Positions 60,071 to 64,000 of a DNA stretch of 64,000 nt are shown piece by piece. How positions within the stretch are numbered: the first letter of the stretch is position 1; every line of letters starts with the position of its first letter. Origin of the DNA: the human T2T-CHM13v2.0 reference genome, Homo sapiens; assembly GCF_009914755.1 (NCBI RefSeq), contig NC_060932.1. One strand, 5' to 3'. A model generated the notes under the pieces. That model ran no database searches and had not been told where the DNA came from. It was given only the letters and a program-made list of their open reading frames with translations. A program made the translations under genes and the position numbers.

Positions 60071-60328
60071 CTCAGTTGGAAATGCAGAAATCACCCACCT
60101 TCTGCATTGATCTCACTGGGACCTGCAGACCGGAGCTGTTCCTATTCAGCCACCTTGCCAGGCTGGGGGCAATGGCTCCTTTAAAATGTGAAATGATTTC
60201 ATGAGTTGGGTCAGGATTTCACTCAAGAAACAGAATAAAAGGACATTTTCTCAGGAAGAGGTTGGGGTCAGAAGCAAACTTCAATGTTCCCTTAGGAAAA
60301 CCAAGCACCCAACTGGTGCCCTTTACAA

Positions 60329-60347
60329 CATCGCCCCCTTGTGGTCT
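60329..60347 (-). promoter_or_regulatory. Candidate CTCF binding motif
   Basis: Minus strand AGACCACAAGGGGGCGATG closely fits the CTCF core CCASNAGRKGGCR. Confidence 0.5.
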
Positions 60348-61412
60348 TCCCATCTCCACTTCAACATGGGACCTCCCAGAAGGCCAACCTTGCAGGCTTT
60401 TCAAATCTTAATTACTAGGATTGCAAACAGTGCTTCTACAAACAAGTCTCTTTACATCTTCCAGCCCTTCATTGCTACTTTAGCTGTTTGGTTTCCCAGA
60501 TATTCGTTAACTCATTTATAAGTTCAAGTATTCTTATGTCAAGACTGTAATTTGTTTTGCATCTTTACCACCAACCAAGGATGGGAAATCACTTTAAATG
60601 TGTAAAGGATTTTAATTTCATTTGATGGACTCATCTGTTGCTACCAACCTAGGAGGCCCTGGTTTTCTGAGACGTCATTAGAATTTCTCTATGCTCAAAC
60701 TGAAGAAAATGCAAAAAATAAAAAAAACAGTGATTGTCCAAATAAAGTAAGGCACAAAACACCAAATATATTCGCCATAATATCCCAGATATTCCAGGCA
60801 AATGGTTGAGAGACTCACTAGATGAATGTTTTCTACATGTAACCCAGATAGTCATCTCAGTTCCCCAACTCATTATAAATAGCCCCTCCCAGAGCGATAT
60901 TTGCTACAGTAGGAAAGCTAGGGTAGAACAGAAATCTCTGTGGGAAGTATTTTAAATTCTCTCCCCCTAAACACTCATTCTCCTCACCGTAGATCACAAG
61001 CCAGGCCTGCCCTATTGCATAAAGCTTTCACTTTCTGTTATTTCATGTGTGTTTCTTCCTGCATTGCATTATTTCTGGCATGAATCCTAAATATTAATGC
61101 TGCTAGGAGGCTGTTATTTATACCAGTGAGGCCCAATTTGCATTTGGAATATAGAAAAACAACTGCTTTCTATTTTCACTCTATCAATCATAATAGGTCA
61201 TAAAGTTTAGCCCTTAACTACAAGATTTATCTGTTTTCCAGATATGAAAGGGCTTGGAGCTTTGGCTCCAACCACCCCAGCCTTTAGTAGCTACTTGAAT
61301 TGTTGGCTTTGGTTTCCAAAGTGGGGATTTTAGGACATACTTTACAGCAGTGTTTTTAAAACTCTCTGGTGAAGGAACAGTTTCTACTTTTTTCTTTGTT
61401 TTGTTTTGTTTC

Positions 61413-61471
61413 AATTTATTATTTGTAAAGAATAATAATAAATTTATTATTTGTAAAGAATAATAATAAAT
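61413..61471. repeat. Perfect 28-bp tandem duplication
   Basis: aatttattatttgtaaagaataataata x2 (+aat). Confidence 0.95.
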
Positions 61472-61744
61472 AAATCGAGATAAACATAGTCATGTTCTTG
61501 ACTATTTGGGCAATGTCACAATTGCTGTAAAGGAAACTCTAAATGCTTATTCTCAATTCTGTTACTTTTCTTGTCTTGTATTAATGACAGTTTGCAGATG
61601 GGTCCAGTCCATGGACCACATTTTGAGTAACATTGCCTTAGAGGACTGATCTGTGACTTCCTGTGTAAAACAAGGCAAGGCATAACATATAATAGGTCTA
61701 AATAATGCTAGTTTCATCTCCTTTCTCCTAAAATTCAATATTAA

Positions 61745-61890
61745 ATTCATTGATTAATTCATTCATCCATCTATTTATTCAACAAATATTTATAGATAAC
61801 TTATTAAGATTCAGGCACTGTTAAATGCTAGGTATACAGTAATGAAAAGAACTCACCTTCTACCGTCAAGGAGCTTACAAGCTATTGGAA
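61745..61890 (-). mobile_element. L2 3' end
   Basis: ttcattcatccatctatttattcaacaaatatttat...caaggagcttaca. Confidence 0.75.
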
Positions 61891-62201
61891 ATGTTTTCAC
61901 TAGAGTATCTCAAAAAAATGAAATTAAAAATTTAACATAAAGTTATTACACTTTTTAAACTTTTATATCTAATATTCTTTTTATTTTTAAGTATTTTCAT
62001 CATCTTTAACATTATATAATGTATATATGCTATATTAATATAGTATTAATGTATTATATAAGTATATAGTATTTCTTCTAAGGCCCAGCTAAGTATTTAT
62101 GACTCATTTTCTTAGCCACAAAAAGAGGTTTTTCCATCATCAGCCTTGTAATTTTTTTTATTTTACAATATCTAAATCATAATTCCCTTTGGTTTCATGT
62201 T

Positions 62202-62440
62202 CTTTTTAAATTTTTTTAAATTAACAATAATTGTACATATAGGGTACATGGTGCTGTTTCAATAGATAAAATATGTGATGATCAGATCAACATAATTATC
62301 ATATCCATCATCTCAAACATTATCATTTATTTGTGTTGGGAATATTCAAGGTCCTCCTTCTAGCTATTTGAAACTATACATGATAACTATAGTCACCCTA
62401 TAGTGTAAAGAACACTAGAACTTATTCCTCCTGTCTAGCA
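62202..62440 (-). mobile_element. L1MA 3' end fragment
   Basis: ataattgtacatatagggtacatg...gatcagatc...aacactagaacttattcctcctgtctagc; TSD-like ggtttcatgttct / gttttcatcttct. Confidence 0.85.
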
Positions 62441-62949
62441 GTTTTCATCTTCTCTCACTGTTCCTGAGACATTGGAATGAGTTCTACCAATCTTTCTAAT
62501 GCTAAGCACACATATTGTATGAATATAAAACTCATTTTTCCTAAATATAAACTCTTTTAATCTGCCAATCATCACTTAAAAAAGACAATATAAACCAGCA
62601 TTCTTGCTTACTTTTAAAAAAATCTTCCCTCCTTTGAAAATTTATAGACTTTTAAAGTGAGAAAGTTAAGTGTCTTTATTGCTTTGGAGAAGAGCTAGCC
62701 AAAGATATGCTTTAAAAGCAGGAGCTCTCCTGGTATCCATTTTTCTTTTCAGTCATTCTTCAACAGTGCAAGGTATCTGTGTCATCCTATTATCATTGCT
62801 CTGAAACATAAGGCTTGGGAGGCAGTCTGGAATCTTTCTAAGACTTTGACTCCAAAACCTAACATCTAACAATTATGTGCATCCAGGTAATCAAAGTCTT
62901 GCCATCAAGGTACATCGAGGGTCAGTTATCTACAACACCCACCATTTGT

Positions 62950-63066
62950 CAAACAGAATCATGTGCGTTGTGAGGGCTGGGACCATATCTAGTCTGTCTT
63001 TGTATCCCAAACCTAGCACTGTTTTGACATCTAGTAGTGGACACCCAGCAAATGTTTGTTGAGTGA
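62950..63066 (+). mobile_element. L2 3' end
   Basis: tgagggctgggaccat...tgtatcccaaacctagcac...caaatgtttgttgagtgaat. Confidence 0.65.
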
Positions 63067-63170
63067 ATATTAAACACAATAACAGGAAATTTTCAGGGAT
63101 GTTTGTATATAGATCTAATTTTGCATAATTAAAGGTATTTAGGATTGCTCTTGCCATTTAGATATTTGGG

Positions 63171-63185
63171 TGTGTGAGTGTATGT

Positions 63186-63219
<34 letters not shown>
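63171..63219. repeat. (TG)n microsatellite occupying the Alu tail position
   Basis: Perfect GT run ~63188-63219 with degenerate extension. Confidence 0.95.
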
Positions 63220-63501
<282 letters not shown>

Positions 63502-64000
63502 ACCATTTACGTTTAATAAATTGCAAAAAGCCTCTTTACCCATGATAGCCAAATGAGTAATTATGGTGAACAACTCAGATTCTGTTTTACAGAAAGAAAT
63601 TATTTGATGGAGACTTTTATGGGGTGTGGTACTCTCCACACAATCCTATAAATTCCATAATCCAGCTAGTGTGTAGAATACCAGAAAAGAAAATTTAATG
63701 GAATAGTTTTATAACCCTGGCTGAATGAGATGCAGAAAGTTAAGACATGGCATAAATTGGATAGGCTAATTATTCTAACCTCTTGCCATTTATATGTGCG
63801 CATGTGTGTGATTGTCAAATAAGACAGACTTCTGTATGAGTATCAATCTTAAAAATTTCTTCTTTTATAGTCAATTTGATTGGGAATCCAATATTTGTGG
63901 CTGTGTCTAATTCGGTATTCCATAGAGCTCCTCTTATCATCCTCTAATATATGTCTACAATGAATAACTCTCCACTGTGATTGGCATGGCATAAACCAAG

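Overview
Primate (human-like) genomic DNA: AT-rich, CpG-depleted and dominated by interspersed repeats (Alu J/S/Y, L1PA/L1M, L2, MIR, MaLR/ERV LTRs, MER5/Tigger DNA transposons, CR1/L3). No host protein-coding exon was recognised. The only ORFs with recognisable products belong to a decayed full-length L1PA7/8-like element (~52.9-60.2 kb, minus strand) and other L1 fragments, so the window is most likely a long intron or gene desert; I could not identify the locus. The most unusual structures are: (1) a MER5-type MITE whose centre holds a ~260-bp diverged copy of DNA lying 1.7 kb away; (2) a 760-bp both-ends-truncated younger L1 piece inserted without TSD or tail, in inverted orientation, into the 5'UTR of the full-length L1; (3) a 34-39-nt tailless U2 snRNA retrocopy with TSD; (4) a minus-strand TAG|GTAAGT recursive-splice-like site inside a repeat-free block, plus other minus-strand exon-like signals; (5) an LTR fragment that looks like a retroposed polyadenylated transcript. 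Subfamily calls and boundaries of old repeats were made by eye and are approximate.
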